The translations under genes were made by a program, and so were the position numbers. From NCBI GenBank assembly GCA_950097015.1, contig CATNEN010000030.1, positions 4,831,895-4,895,894 on the forward strand: a DNA stretch of 64,000 nt, in the 5' to 3' direction. Below are positions 39,201 through 51,700 of this stretch, in pieces. The DNA is from Macrostomum hystrix (taxonomy: Eukaryota > Animalia > Platyhelminthes). Within the stretch, counting starts at the first letter, position 1; each line of letters opens with the position of its first letter. The notes under the pieces were generated by a model. The model was not told the DNA's origin. It worked only from the letters and a program-made list of their open reading frames with translations, and did no database searches.

Positions 39201-42200
39201 GTTCCAGCTAGCTTTTCTCATGAATCGTAGTTTGCTGCTATATTTATAAGTTCCAGCTAGCTTTTCTCATGAATCGTAGTTTGCTGCTTTATTAGCACTT
39301 AATACAGGATTTCACAGGTCTAGCTTCTTGCTTAACAATGAAGAGTTTGAAGAACAATTAAAGCACCTTTTACGCGCTCAAGAACAGCTTGGCGCGTGCT
39401 GCATGAAAGGAGTGCTTTACGGTGCTATTTCAGCACAGAGTATAGGCGCTGATGGCAATTTGCTGTATTGAAAAATGTGTTTAACATTACCAGCACTCAC
39501 AGTGTGCAGGAAGATCGCAATGCAGGGCCGACATCGAGCTTGCACTATATATAAGTTCCAGCTAGCTTTTCTCATGAATCGTAGTTTGCTGCTTTATTTA
39601 TAAGTTCCAGCTAGCTTTTGTCATGAATCGTAGTTTGCTGATTTATTAGCACTTAATACAGGCTTTCACAGGTCTAGCTTCTTGCTTGACAATGAAGAGT
39701 TTGAAGAACAATTAAAGCACCTTTTACGCGCTCAAGAACAGCTTGTCGCGTGCTACTTGCAAGGAGTGCGTTACGCTGCTATTTCAGCACAGAGTATTGG
39801 CGCTGATGGCAATTTGCTGGATTGAAAAATGTGTTTAACATTACCAGCACTCACAGTGTGCAGGAAGATGGCAATGCAGGGCTGACATCGAGCTTGCGCT
39901 ATATATAAGTTCCAGCTAGCTTTTCTCATGAATCGTAGTTTGCTGCTATATTTATAAGTTCCAGCTAGCTTTTCTCATGAATCGTAGTTTGCTGCTATAT
40001 TTATAAGTTCCAGCTAGCTTTTCTCATGAATCGTAGTTTGCTGCTTTATTAGCACTTAATACAGGATTTCACAGGTCTAGCTTCTTGCTTAACAATGAAG
40101 AGTTTGAAGAACAATTAATGCACCTTTTACGCGCTCAAGAACAGCTTGGCGCGTGCTGCATGAAAGGAGTGCATTACGGTGCTATTTCAGCACAGAGTAT
40201 TGGCGCTGATGGCCATTTGCTGGATTGAAAAATGTGTTTAACATTACCAGCACTCACAGTGTGCAGGAAGATGGCAATGCAGGGCTGACATCGAGCTTGC
40301 GCTATATATAAGTTCCAGCTAGCTTTTCTCATGAATCGTAGTTTGCTGCTTTATTAGCACTTAATACAGGATTTCACAGGTCTAGCTTCTGGCTTGACAA
40401 TGAAGATTTTGAAGAACAATTAAAGCACCTTTTACGCGCTGAAGAACAGCTTGGCGCGTGCTGCATGAAAGGAGTGCTTTACGCTGCTATTTCAGTACAA
40501 AGTATTGGCGCTGATGGCAATTTGCTGGATTGAAAAATGTGTTTAACATTACCAGCACTCACAGTGTGCAGGAAGATGGCAATGCAGGGCCAACATCGAG
40601 CTTGCGCTATATATAAGTTCGAGCTAGCTTTTCTCATGAATCGTAGTTTGCTGCTTTATTAGCACTTAATACAGGCTTTCACAGGTCTAGCTTCTTGCTT
40701 GACAATGAAGAGTTTGAAGAACAATTAAAGCACCTTTTACGCGCTCAAGAACAGCTTGGCGCGTGCTGCTTGCAAGGAGTGCGTTACGCTGCTATTTCAG
40801 CACAGAGTATTGGCGCTGATGGCAATTTGCTGGATTGAAAAATGTGTTTAACATTACCAGCACTCACAGTGTGCAGGAAGATGGCAATGCAGGGCCGACA
40901 TCAAGTTTGCGCTATATATAAGTTCCAGCTAGCTTTTCTCATGAATCGTAGTTTGCTGCTTTATTAGCACTTAATACAGGCTTTCACAGGTCTAGCTTCT
41001 TGCTTGACAATGAAGAGTTTGAAGAACAATTAAAGCACCTTTTACGCGCTCAAGAACAGCTTGGCGCGTGCTGCATGAAAGGGGTGCGTTACGCTGCTAT
41101 TTCAGCACAGAGTATTGGCGCTGATGCCAATTTGCTGGATTGAAAAATGTGTTTAACATTACCAGCACTCACAGTGTGCAGGAAGATGGCAATGCAGGGC
41201 CAACATCGAGCTTGCGCTATATATAAGTTCGAGCTAGCTTTTCTCATGAATCGTAGTTTGCTGCTTTATTAGCACTTAATACAGGCTTTCACAGGTCTAG
41301 CTTCTTGCTTGACAATGAAGAGTTTGAAGAACAATTAAAGCACCTTTTACGCGCTCAAGAACAGCTTGGCGCGTGCTGCTTGCAAGGAGTGCGTTACGCT
41401 GCTATTTCAGCACAGAGTATTGGCGCTGATGGCAATTTGCTGGATTGAAAAATGTGTTTAACATTACCAGCACTCACAGTGTGCAGGAAGATGGCAATGC
41501 AGGGCCGACATCAAGTTTGCGCTATATATAAGTTCCAGCTAGCTTTTCTCATGAATCGTAGTTTGCTGCTTTATTAGCACTTAATACAGGCTTTCACAGG
41601 TCTAGCTTCTTGCTTGACAATGAAGAGTTTGAAGAACAATTAAAGCACCTTTTACGCGCTCAAGAACAGCTTGGCGCGTGCTGCATGAAAGGGGTGCGTT
41701 ACGCTGCTATTTCAGCACAGAGTATTGGCGCTGATGCCAATTTGCTGGATTGAAAAATGTGTTTAACATTACCAGCACTCACAGTGTGCAGGAAGATGGC
41801 AATGCAGGGCCGACATCGAGCTTGCGCTATATATAAGTTTCAGCTAGCTTTTCTCATGAATCGTAGTTTGCTGCTATATTTATAAGTTCCAGCCAGCTTT
41901 TCTCATGAATCGTAGTTTGCTGCTTTATTAGCACTTAATACAGGCTTTCACAGGTCTAGCTTCTTGCTTGACAATGAAGAGTTTGAAGTACAATTAAAGC
42001 ACCTTTTACGCGCTCAAGAACAGCTTGGCGCGTGCTGCATGAAAGGAGTGCGTTACGCTGCTATTTCAGCACAGAGTATTGGCGCTGATGGCAATTTGCT
42101 GAATTGAAAAATGTGTTTAACATTACCAGCACTCACAGTGTGCAGGAAGATGGCAATGCAGGGCTGACATCGAGCTTGCGCTATATATTAGTTCCAGCTA
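34100..42200. repeat. Tandem duplication of a 4101-bp block (12 monomers + 9 x 49 bp), overlapping the previous one
   Basis: GTGTAGG 34277/38378 and CAATTAATGC 36011/40112. The block contains an internal 610-bp dimer repeat (GGGGTGCGTT/GATGCCAAT monomers near 36.98 and 37.59 kb). Confidence 0.9.
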
Positions 42201-44090
42201 GCTTTTCTCATGAATCGTAGTTTGCTGCTATATTTATAAGTTCCAGCTAGCTTTTCTCATGAATCGTAGTTTGCTGCTATATTTATAAGTTCCAGCTAGC
42301 TTTTCTCATGAATCGTAGTTTGCTGCTATATTTATAAGTTCCAGCTAGCTTTTCTCATGAATCGTAGTTTGCTGCTTTATTAGCACTTAATACAGGATTT
42401 CACAGGTCTAGCTTCTTGCTTAACAATGAAGAGTTTGAAGAACAATTAAAGCACCTTTTACGCGCTCAAGAACAGCTTGGCGCGTGCTGCATGAAAGGAG
42501 TGCATTACGGTGCTATTTCAGCACAGAGTATTGGCGCTGATGGCCATTTGCTGGATTGAAAAATGTGTTTAACATTACCAGCACTCACAGTGTGCAGGAA
42601 GATGGCAATGCAGGGCTGACATCGAGCTTGCGCTATATATAAGTTCCAGCTAGCTTTTCTCATGAATCGTAGTTTGCTGCTTTATTAGCACTTAATACAG
42701 GATTTCACAGGTCTAGCTTCTGGCTTGACAATGAAGATTTTGAAGAACAATTAAAGCACCTTTTACGCGCTGAAGAACAGCTTGGCGCGTGCTGCATGAA
42801 AGGAGTGCTTTACGCTGCTATTTCAGTACAAAGTATTGGCGCTGATGGCAATTTGCTGGATTGAAAAATGTGTTTAACATTACCAGCACTCACAGTGTGC
42901 AGGAAGATGGCAATGCAGGGCCAACATCGAGCTTGCGCTATATATAAGTTCGAGCTAGCTTTTCTCATGAATCGTAGTTTGCTGCTTTATTAGCACTTAA
43001 TACAGGCTTTCACAGGTCTAGCTTCTTGCTTGACAATGAAGAGTTTGAAGAACAATTAAAGCACCTTTTACGCGCTCAAGAACAGCTTGGCGCGTGCTGC
43101 TTGCAAGGAGTGCGTTACGCTGCTATTTCAGCACAGAGTATTGGCGCTGATGGCAATTTGCTGGATTGAAAAATGTGTTTAACATTACCAGCACTCACAG
43201 TGTGCAGGAAGATGGCAATGCAGGGCCGACATCAAGTTTGCGCTATATATAAGTTCCAGCTAGCTTTTCTCATGAATCGTAGTTTGCTGCTTTATTAGCA
43301 CTTAATACAGGCTTTCACAGGTCTAGCTTCTTGCTTGACAATGAAGAGTTTGAAGAACAATTAAAGCACCTTTTACGCGCTCAAGAACAGCTTGGCGCGT
43401 GCTGCATGAAAGGGGTGCGTTACGCTGCTATTTCAGCACAGAGTATTGGCGCTGATGCCAATTTGCTGGATTGAAAAATGTGTTTAACATTACCAGCACT
43501 CACAGTGTGCAGGAAGATGGCAATGCAGGGCCAACATCGAGCTTGCGCTATATATAAGTTCGAGCTAGCTTTTCTCATGAATCGTAGTTTGCTGCTTTAT
43601 TAGCACTTAATACAGGCTTTCACAGGTCTAGCTTCTTGCTTGACAATGAAGAGTTTGAAGAACAATTAAAGCACCTTTTACGCGCTCAAGAACAGCTTGG
43701 CGCGTGCTGCTTGCAAGGAGTGCGTTACGCTGCTATTTCAGCACAGAGTATTGGCGCTGATGGCAATTTGCTGGATTGAAAAATGTGTTTAACATTACCA
43801 GCACTCACAGTGTGCAGGAAGATGGCAATGCAGGGCCGACATCAAGTTTGCGCTATATATAAGTTCCAGCTAGCTTTTCTCATGAATCGTAGTTTGCTGC
43901 TTTATTAGCACTTAATACAGGCTTTCACAGGTCTAGCTTCTTGCTTGACAATGAAGAGTTTGAAGAACAATTAAAGCACCTTTTACGCGCTCAAGAACAG
44001 CTTGGCGCGTGCTGCATGAAAGGGGTGCGTTACGCTTCTATTTCAGCACAGAGTATTGGCGCTGATGCCAATTTGCTGGATTGAAAAATG
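40050..44090. repeat. Tandem duplication, period 2331 bp (7 monomers + 4 x 49 bp)
   Basis: CATTACGG variant at 40172/42503, with the same downstream monomer order. Boundaries are approximate. Confidence 0.8.
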
Positions 44091-44549
44091 TGTTTAACAT
44101 TACCAGCACTCACAGTGTGCAGGAAGATGGCAATGCAGGGCTGACATCGAGCTTGCGCTATATATAAGTTCCAGCTAGCTTTTCTCATGAATCGTAGTTT
44201 GCTGCTATATTTATAAGTTCCAGCTAGCTTTTCTCATGAATCGTAGTTTGCTGCTATATTTATAAGTTCCAGCTAGATTTTCTCATGAATCGTAGTTTGC
44301 TGCTTTATTAGCACTTAATACAGGATTTCACAGGTCTAGCTTCTTGCTTAACAATGAAGAGTTTGAAGAACAATTAAAGCACCTTTTACGCGCTCAAGTA
44401 CAGCTTGGCGCGTGCTGCATGAAAGGAGTGCTTTACGGTGCTATTTCAGCACAGAGTATAGGCGCTGATGGCAATTTGCTGGATTGAAAAATGTGTTTAA
44501 CATTACCAGCACTCACAGTGTGCAGGAAGATGGCAATGCAGGGCCGACA

Positions 44550-46900
44550 TCGAGCTTGCGCTATATATAAGTTTCAGCTAGCTTTTCTCATGAATCGTAG
44601 TTTGCTGCTTAATTTATAAGTTTCAGCTAGCTTTTGTCATGAATCGTAGTTTGCTGCTTTATTAGCACTTAATACAGGATTGCACAGGTCTAGCTTCTGG
44701 CTTGACTATGAAGAGTTTTAAGAACAATTAAAGCACCTTTTGCGCGCTTAAGAACAACTTGGCGCGTGCTGCTTGCAAGGAGTGCGTTACGCTGCTAATT
44801 CAGCACAGAGTATTGGCGCTGATGGCAATTTGCTGGATTGAAAAATGTGTTTAACATTACCAGCACTCACAGTGTGCAGGAAGATGGCAATGCAGGGCTG
44901 ACATCGAGCTTGCGCTATATATAAGTTCTAGCTAGCTCTTCTCATGAATCGTAATTTGCTGCTCTATTATCACCTAATACAGGGCTTCACAGGTCTAGCT
45001 TCTTGCTTGACAATGAAGAGTTTTAAGAACAATTAAAGCACCTTTTACGCGCTCAAGAACAGCTTGTCGCGTGCTACTTGCAAGGAGTGCGTTACGCTGC
45101 TATTTCAGCACAGAGTATTGGCGCTGATGGCAATTTGCTGGATTGAAAAATGTGTTTAACATTACCAGCACTCACAGTGTGCAGGAAGATGGCAATGCAG
45201 GGCTGACATCGAGCTTGCGCTATATATAAGTTCCAGCTAGCTTTTCTCATGAATCGTAGTTTGCTGCTATATTTATAAGTTCCAGCTAGCTTTTCTCATG
45301 AATCGTAGTTTGCTGCTATATTTATAAGTTCCAGCTAGCTTTTCTCATGAATCGTAGTTTGCTGCTATATTTATAAGTTCCAGCTAGCTCTTCTCATGAA
45401 TCGTAATTTGCTGCTCTATTATCACCTAATACAGGATTTCACAGGTCTAGCTTCTGGCTTGACTATGAAGAGTTTTAAGAACAATTAAAGCACCTTTTGC
45501 GCGCTTAAGAACAACTTGGCGCGTGCTGCATGAAAGGAGTGCGTTACGCTGCTATTTCAGCACAGAGTATTGGCGCTGATGGCAATTTGCTGGATTGAAA
45601 AATGTGTTTAACATTACCAGCACTCACAGTGTGCAGGAAGATGGCAATGCAGGGCCGACATCGAGCTTGCGCTATATATAAGTTTCAGCTAGCTTTTCTC
45701 ATGAATCGTAGTTTGCTGCTTAATTTATAAGTTTCAGCTAGCTTTTGTCATGAATCGTAGTTTGCTGCTTTATTAGCACTTAATACAGGATTTCACAGGT
45801 CTAGCTTCTGGCTTGACTATGAAGAGTTTTAAGAACAATTAAAGCACCTTTTGCGCGCTTAAGAACAACTTGGCGCGTGCTGCTTGCAAGGAGTGCGTTA
45901 CGCTGCTAATTCAGCACAGAGTATTGGCGCTGATGGCAATTTGCTGGATTGAAAAATGTGTTTAACATTACCAGCACTCACAGTGTGCAGGAAGATGGCA
46001 ATGCAGGGCTGACATCGAGCTTGCGCTATATATAAGTTCCAGCTAGCTCTTCTCATGAATCGTAATTTGCTGCTCTATTATCACCTAATACAGGGCTTCA
46101 CAGGTCTAGCTTCTTGCTTGACAATGAAGAGTTTTAAGAACAATTAAAGCACCTTTTACGCGCTCAAGAACAGCTTGTCGCGTGCTACTTGCAAGGAGTG
46201 CGTTACGCTGCTATTTCAGCACAGAGTATTGGCGCTGATGGCAATTTGCTGGATTGAAAAATGTGTTTAACATTACCAGCACTCACAGTGTGCAGGAAGA
46301 TGGCAATGCAGGGCTGACATCGAGCTTGCGCTATATATAAGTTCCAGCTAGCTTTTCTCATGAATCGTAGTTTGCTGCTATATTTATAAGTTCCAGCTAG
46401 CTTTTCTCATGAATCGTAGTTTGCTGCTATACTTATAAGTTCCAGCTAGCTTTTCTCATGAATCGTAGTTTGCTGCTATATTTATAAGTTCCAGCTAGCT
46501 CTTCTCATGAATCGTAATTTGCTGCTCTATTATCACCTAATACAGGATTTCACAGGTCTAGCTTCTGGCTTGACTATGAAGAGTTTTAAGAACAATTAAA
46601 GCACCTTTTGCGCGCTTAAGAACAACTTGGCGCGTGCTGCTTGCAAGGAGTGCGTTACGCTGCTAATTCAGCACAGAGTATTGGCGCTGATGGCAATTTG
46701 CTGGATTGAAAAATGTGTTTAACATTACCAGCACTCACAGTGTGCAGGAAGATGGCAATGCAGGGCTGACATCGAGCTTGCGCTATATATAAGTTCCAGC
46801 TAGCTCTTCTCATGAATCGTAATTTGCTGCTCTATTATCACCTAATTCAGGCTTTCACAGGTCTAGCTTCTTGCTTGACAATGAAGAGTTTTAAGAACAA
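44550..46900. repeat. Higher-order repeat, period 1111 bp (3 monomers + 4 x 49 bp)
   Basis: CTTGACTATG variant at 44701/45812, with linked TTGCGCGCTTAAGAACAACTT variants. Confidence 0.8.
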
Positions 46901-48729
46901 TTAAAGCACCTTTTACGCGCTCAAGAACAGCTTGTCGCGTGCTACTTGCAAGGAGTGCGTTACGCTGCTATTTCAGCACAGAGTATTGGCGCTGATGGCA
47001 ATTTGCTGGATTGAAAAAAGCCTTCACGTTTACCAACACTCACAGTGTGCAGGAAGATGGCAATGCAGGGCTGACATCGAGCTTGCGCTATATATAAGTT
47101 CCAGCTAGCTTTTCTCATGAATCGTAGTTTGCTGCTATATTTATAAGTTCCAGCTAGCTTTTCTCATGAATCGTAGTTTGCTGCTATATTTATAAGTTCC
47201 AGCTAGCTTTTCTCATGAATCGTAGTTTGCTGCTTTATTAGCACTTAATACAGGCTTTCACAGGTCTAGCTTCTGACTTGACAATGAAGAGTTTTAAGAA
47301 CAATTAAAGCACATTTTTTTCGCTTAAGAACAACTTGGCGCGTGCTGCTTGCAAGGAGTGCGTTACGCTGCTAATTCAGCACAGAGTATTGGCGCTGATG
47401 GCAATTTGCTGGATTGAAAAATGTGTTTAACATTACCAGCACTCACAGTGTGCAGGAAGATGGCAATGCAGGGCTGACATCGAGCTTGCGCTATATATAA
47501 GTTCCAGCTAGCTTTTCTCATGAATCGTAGTTTGCTGCTATATTTATAAGTTCCAGCTAGCTTTTCTCATGAATCGTAGTTTGCTGCTATATTTATAAGT
47601 TCCAGCTAGCTTTTCTCATGAATCGTAGTTTGCTGCTTTATTAGCACTTAATACAGGCTTTCACAGGTCTAGCTTCTTGCTTGACAATGAAGAGTTTGAA
47701 GAACAATTAAAGCACCTTTTACGCGCTCAAGAACAGCTTGGCGCGTGCTGCATGAAAGGGGTGCGTTACGCTGCTATTTCAGCACAGAGTATTGGCGCTG
47801 ATGGCAATTTGCTGGATTGAAAAATGTGTTTAACATTACCAGCACTCACAGTGTGCAGGAAGATGGCAATGCAGGGCCGACATCGAGCTTGCGCTATATA
47901 TAAGTTTCAGCTAGCTTTTCTCATGAATCGTAGTTTGCTGCTTTATTAGCACTTAATACAGGATTTCACAGGTCTAGCTTCTGGCTTGACTATGAAGAGT
48001 TTTAAGAACAATTGAAGCACCTTTTGCGCGCTTAAGAACAACTTGGCGCGTGCTGCTTGCAAGGAGTGCGTTACGCTGCTAATTCAGCACAGAGTATTGG
48101 CGCTGATGGCAATTTGCTGGATTGAAAAATGTGTTTAACATTACCAGCACTCACAGTGTGCAGGAAGATGGCAATGCAGGGCTGACATCGAGCTTGCGCC
48201 ATATATAAGTTCCAGCTAGCTTTTCTCATGAATCGTAGTTTGCTGCTTTATTAGCACTTAATACAGGATTTCACAGGTCTAGCTTCTTGCTTAACAATGA
48301 AGAGTTTGAAGAACAATTAAAGCACCTTTTACGCGCTCAAGAACAGCTTGGCGCGTGCTGCATGAAAGGGGTGCGTTACGCTGCTATTTCAGCACAGAGT
48401 ATTGGCGCTGATGGCAATTTGCTGGATTGAAAAATGTGTTTAACATTACCAGCACTCACAGTGTGCAGGAAAATGGCAATGCAGGGCTGACATCGAGCTT
48501 GCGCTACACATAAGTTCCAGCTAGCTTTTCTCATGAATCGTAGTTTGCTGCCTTATTAGCACTTAATACAGGCTTTCACAGGTCTAGCTTCTTGCTTGAC
48601 AATGAAGAGTTTTAAGAACAATTAAAGCACCTTTTACGCGCTGAAGAACAGTTTGGCGCGTGCTGCTTGTAAGGAGTGCGTTACGCTGCTAATTCAGCAC
48701 AGAGTATTGGCGCTGATGGCAATTTGCTG

Positions 48730-51700
48730 GATTGAAAAAAGCCTTCACGTTTACCAACACTCACAGTGTGCAGTAAGATGGCAATGCAGGAAAATCATCG
48801 AAGTCTGCGCTGTATATAAGTTCCGGCTAGCTTTTCTCATGAATCGTAGTATGTTGCTAAATAAGCACTTAAAACAGGCTTTCTAGTTTCTTGCTTGTCT
48901 AGCTTCTTGCTTGACAATGAAGAGTTTTAAGAACAATTAAAGCACATTTTACGCGCTGAAGAACAGCTTGGCAAGTGCTGCTTGCAAGAAGTGCGTTACG
49001 CTACTAATTCGGCACAGAGTATTGGCGCTGATGGCAATTTGCTGGATTGAAAAAAGCCTTCACGTTTACCAACACTCACAGTGTGCAGTGCAGTGTGCAG
49101 TGCAGATGGCAATGCAGGAAAAACATCGAAGTGTGCGCTGTATATAAGTTCCGGCTAGCTTTTCTCATGAATCGTAGTATGTTGCTAAAGAAGCACTTAA
49201 AACTGGCTTTCACAAGTCTAGCTTCTTGCTTGATAATGTAGATTTTTAAGAACAATTAAAGCACATTTTACGCGCTCAAGAACAGCTTGCCAAGTGCTGC
49301 TTGCAAGGAGTGCGTTACGCTGCCAATTCAGCACAGAGTATTTGCGCTGATGGCAATTTGTTGGATTGAAAAATGTGTTTAACATGACCAGCACTCACAG
49401 TGTGCAGGAAGATGGCAATGCAGGGCCGACATCGAGCTTGCGCTACACATAAGTTCCAGCTAGCTTTTCTCATGAATCGTAGTTTGCTGCCTTATTAGCA
49501 CTTAATACAGGCTTTCACAGGTCTAGCTTCTTGCTTGACAATGAAGAGTTTTAAGAACAATTAAAGCACCTTTTACGCGCTCAAGAACAGCTTGGCAAGT
49601 GCTGCTTGCAAGGAGTGCGTTACGCTGCTAATTCAGCACAGAGTATTGGCGCTGATGGCAATTTGCTGGATTGAAAAATGTGTTTAACATTACCAGCACT
49701 AACAGTGTGCAGGAAGATGGCAATGCAGGGCCGACATCGAGCTTGCGCTACACATAAGTTCCAGCTAGCTTTTCTCATGAATCGTAGTTTGCTGCTTTAT
49801 TAGCACTTAATACAGGCTTTCATAGGTCTAGCTTCTTGCTTGACAATGAAGAGTTTTAAGAACAATTAAAGCACCTATTACGCGCTGAAGAACAGCTTGG
49901 CGCGTGCTGCTTGCAAGGAGTGCGTTTCCCTGCTAATTCAGCACAGAGTATTGGCGCTGATGGCAATTTGCTGGATTGAAAAAAGCCTTCACGTTTACCA
50001 ACACTCACAGTGTGCAGTGCAGGGTGCAGTAAGATGGCAATGCAGGAAAATCATCGAAGTCTGCGCTGTATATAAGTTCCGGCTAGCTTTTCTCATGAAT
50101 CGTAGTATGTTGCTAAATAAGCACTTAAAACAGGCTTTCTAGTTTCTTGCTTGTCTAGCTTCTTGCTTGACAATGAAGAGTTTTAAGAACAATTAAAGCA
50201 CATTTTACGCGCTGAAGAACAGCTTGGCAAGTGCTGCTTGCAAGAAGTGCGTTACGCTACTAATTCGGAACAGAGTATTGGCGCTGATGGCAATTTGCTG
50301 GATTGAAAAAAGCCTTCACGTTTACCAACACTCACAGTGTGCAGTGCAGTGTGCAGTGCAGATGGCAATGCAGGAAAAACATCGAAGTGTGCGCTGTATA
50401 TAAGTTCCGGCTAGCTTTTCTCATGAATCGTAGTATGTTGCTAAAGAAGCACTTAAAACTGGCTTTCACAAGTCTAGCTTCTTGCTTGATAATGTAGATT
50501 TTTAAGAACAATTAAAGCACATTTTACGCGCTCAAGAACAGCTTGCCAAGTGCTGCTTGCAAGGAGTGCGTTGCGCTGCCAATTCAGCACAGAGTATTTG
50601 CGCTGATGGCAATTTGTTGGATTGAAAAATGTGTTTAACATGACCAGCACTCACAGTGTGCAGGAAGATGGCAATGCAGGGCCGACATCGAGCTTGCGCT
50701 ACACATAAGTTCCAGCTAGCTTTTCTCATGAATCGTAGTTTGCTGCCTTATTAGCACTTAATACAGGCTTTCACAGGTCTAGCTTCTTGCTTGACAATGA
50801 AGAGTTTTAAGAACAATTAAAGCACCTTTTACGCGCTCAAGAACAGCTTGGCAAGTGCTGCTTGCAAGGAGTGCGTTACGCTGCTAATTCAGCACAGAGT
50901 ATTGGCGCTGATGGCAATTTGCTGGATTGAAAAATGTGTTTAACATTACCAGCACTAACAGTGTGCAGGAAGATGGCAATGCAGGGCCGACATCGAGCTT
51001 GCGCTACACATAAGTTCCAGCTAGCTTTTCTCATGAATCGTAGTTTGCTGCTTTATTAGCACTTAATACAGGCTTTCATAGGTCTAGCTTCTTGCTTGAC
51101 AATGAAGAGTTTTAAGAACAATTAAAGCACCTATTACGCGCTGAAGAACAGCTTGGCGCGTGCTGCTTGCAAGGAGTGCGTTTCCCTGCTAATTCAGCAC
51201 AGAGTATTGGCGCTGATGGCAATTTGCTGGATTGAAAAAAGCCTTCACGTTTACCAACACTCACAGTGTGCAGTGCAGGGTGCAGTGCAGATGGCAATGC
51301 AGGAAAATTATCGAAGTGTGCGCTGTATATAAGTTCCGGCTAGCTTTTCTCATAAATCGTAGTTACTTGCTAAATAAGCACTTGAAACAGGCTTTCACAG
51401 GTCTAGCTTCTTGCTTGACAATGAAGAGTTTTAAGAACAATTAAAGCACCTTTTACGCGCTGAAGAACAGCTTGGCGCGTGCTGCTTGCAAGGAGTGCGT
51501 TACGCTTCTCATTCAGCACAGAGTATTGGCGCTGATGGCAATTTGCTGGATTGAAAAAAGCCTTCACGTTTACCAACACTCACAGTGTGCAGTGCAGGGT
51601 GCAGTGCAGATGGCAATGCAGGAAAAACATCGAAGTGTGCGCTGTATATAAGTTCCAGCTAGCTTTTCTCATGAATCGTAGTATGTTGCTAAAGAAGCAC

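Larger units (their letters stand above)
1..48650. repeat. Satellite domain A: 305-bp monomer with 1-4 tandem copies of an internal 49-bp unit (monomers of 305/354/403/452 bp)
   Basis: Monomer lengths follow 305+49k. The last expanded monomers are near 47.1-47.6 kb. The domain end is approximate. Confidence 0.95.

Noticed and set aside
779-47640. Repeated 49-bp units as a CRISPR-like array
   Set aside because: There are no unique spacers and no cas genes; the intervening sequence is itself the repeated monomer.
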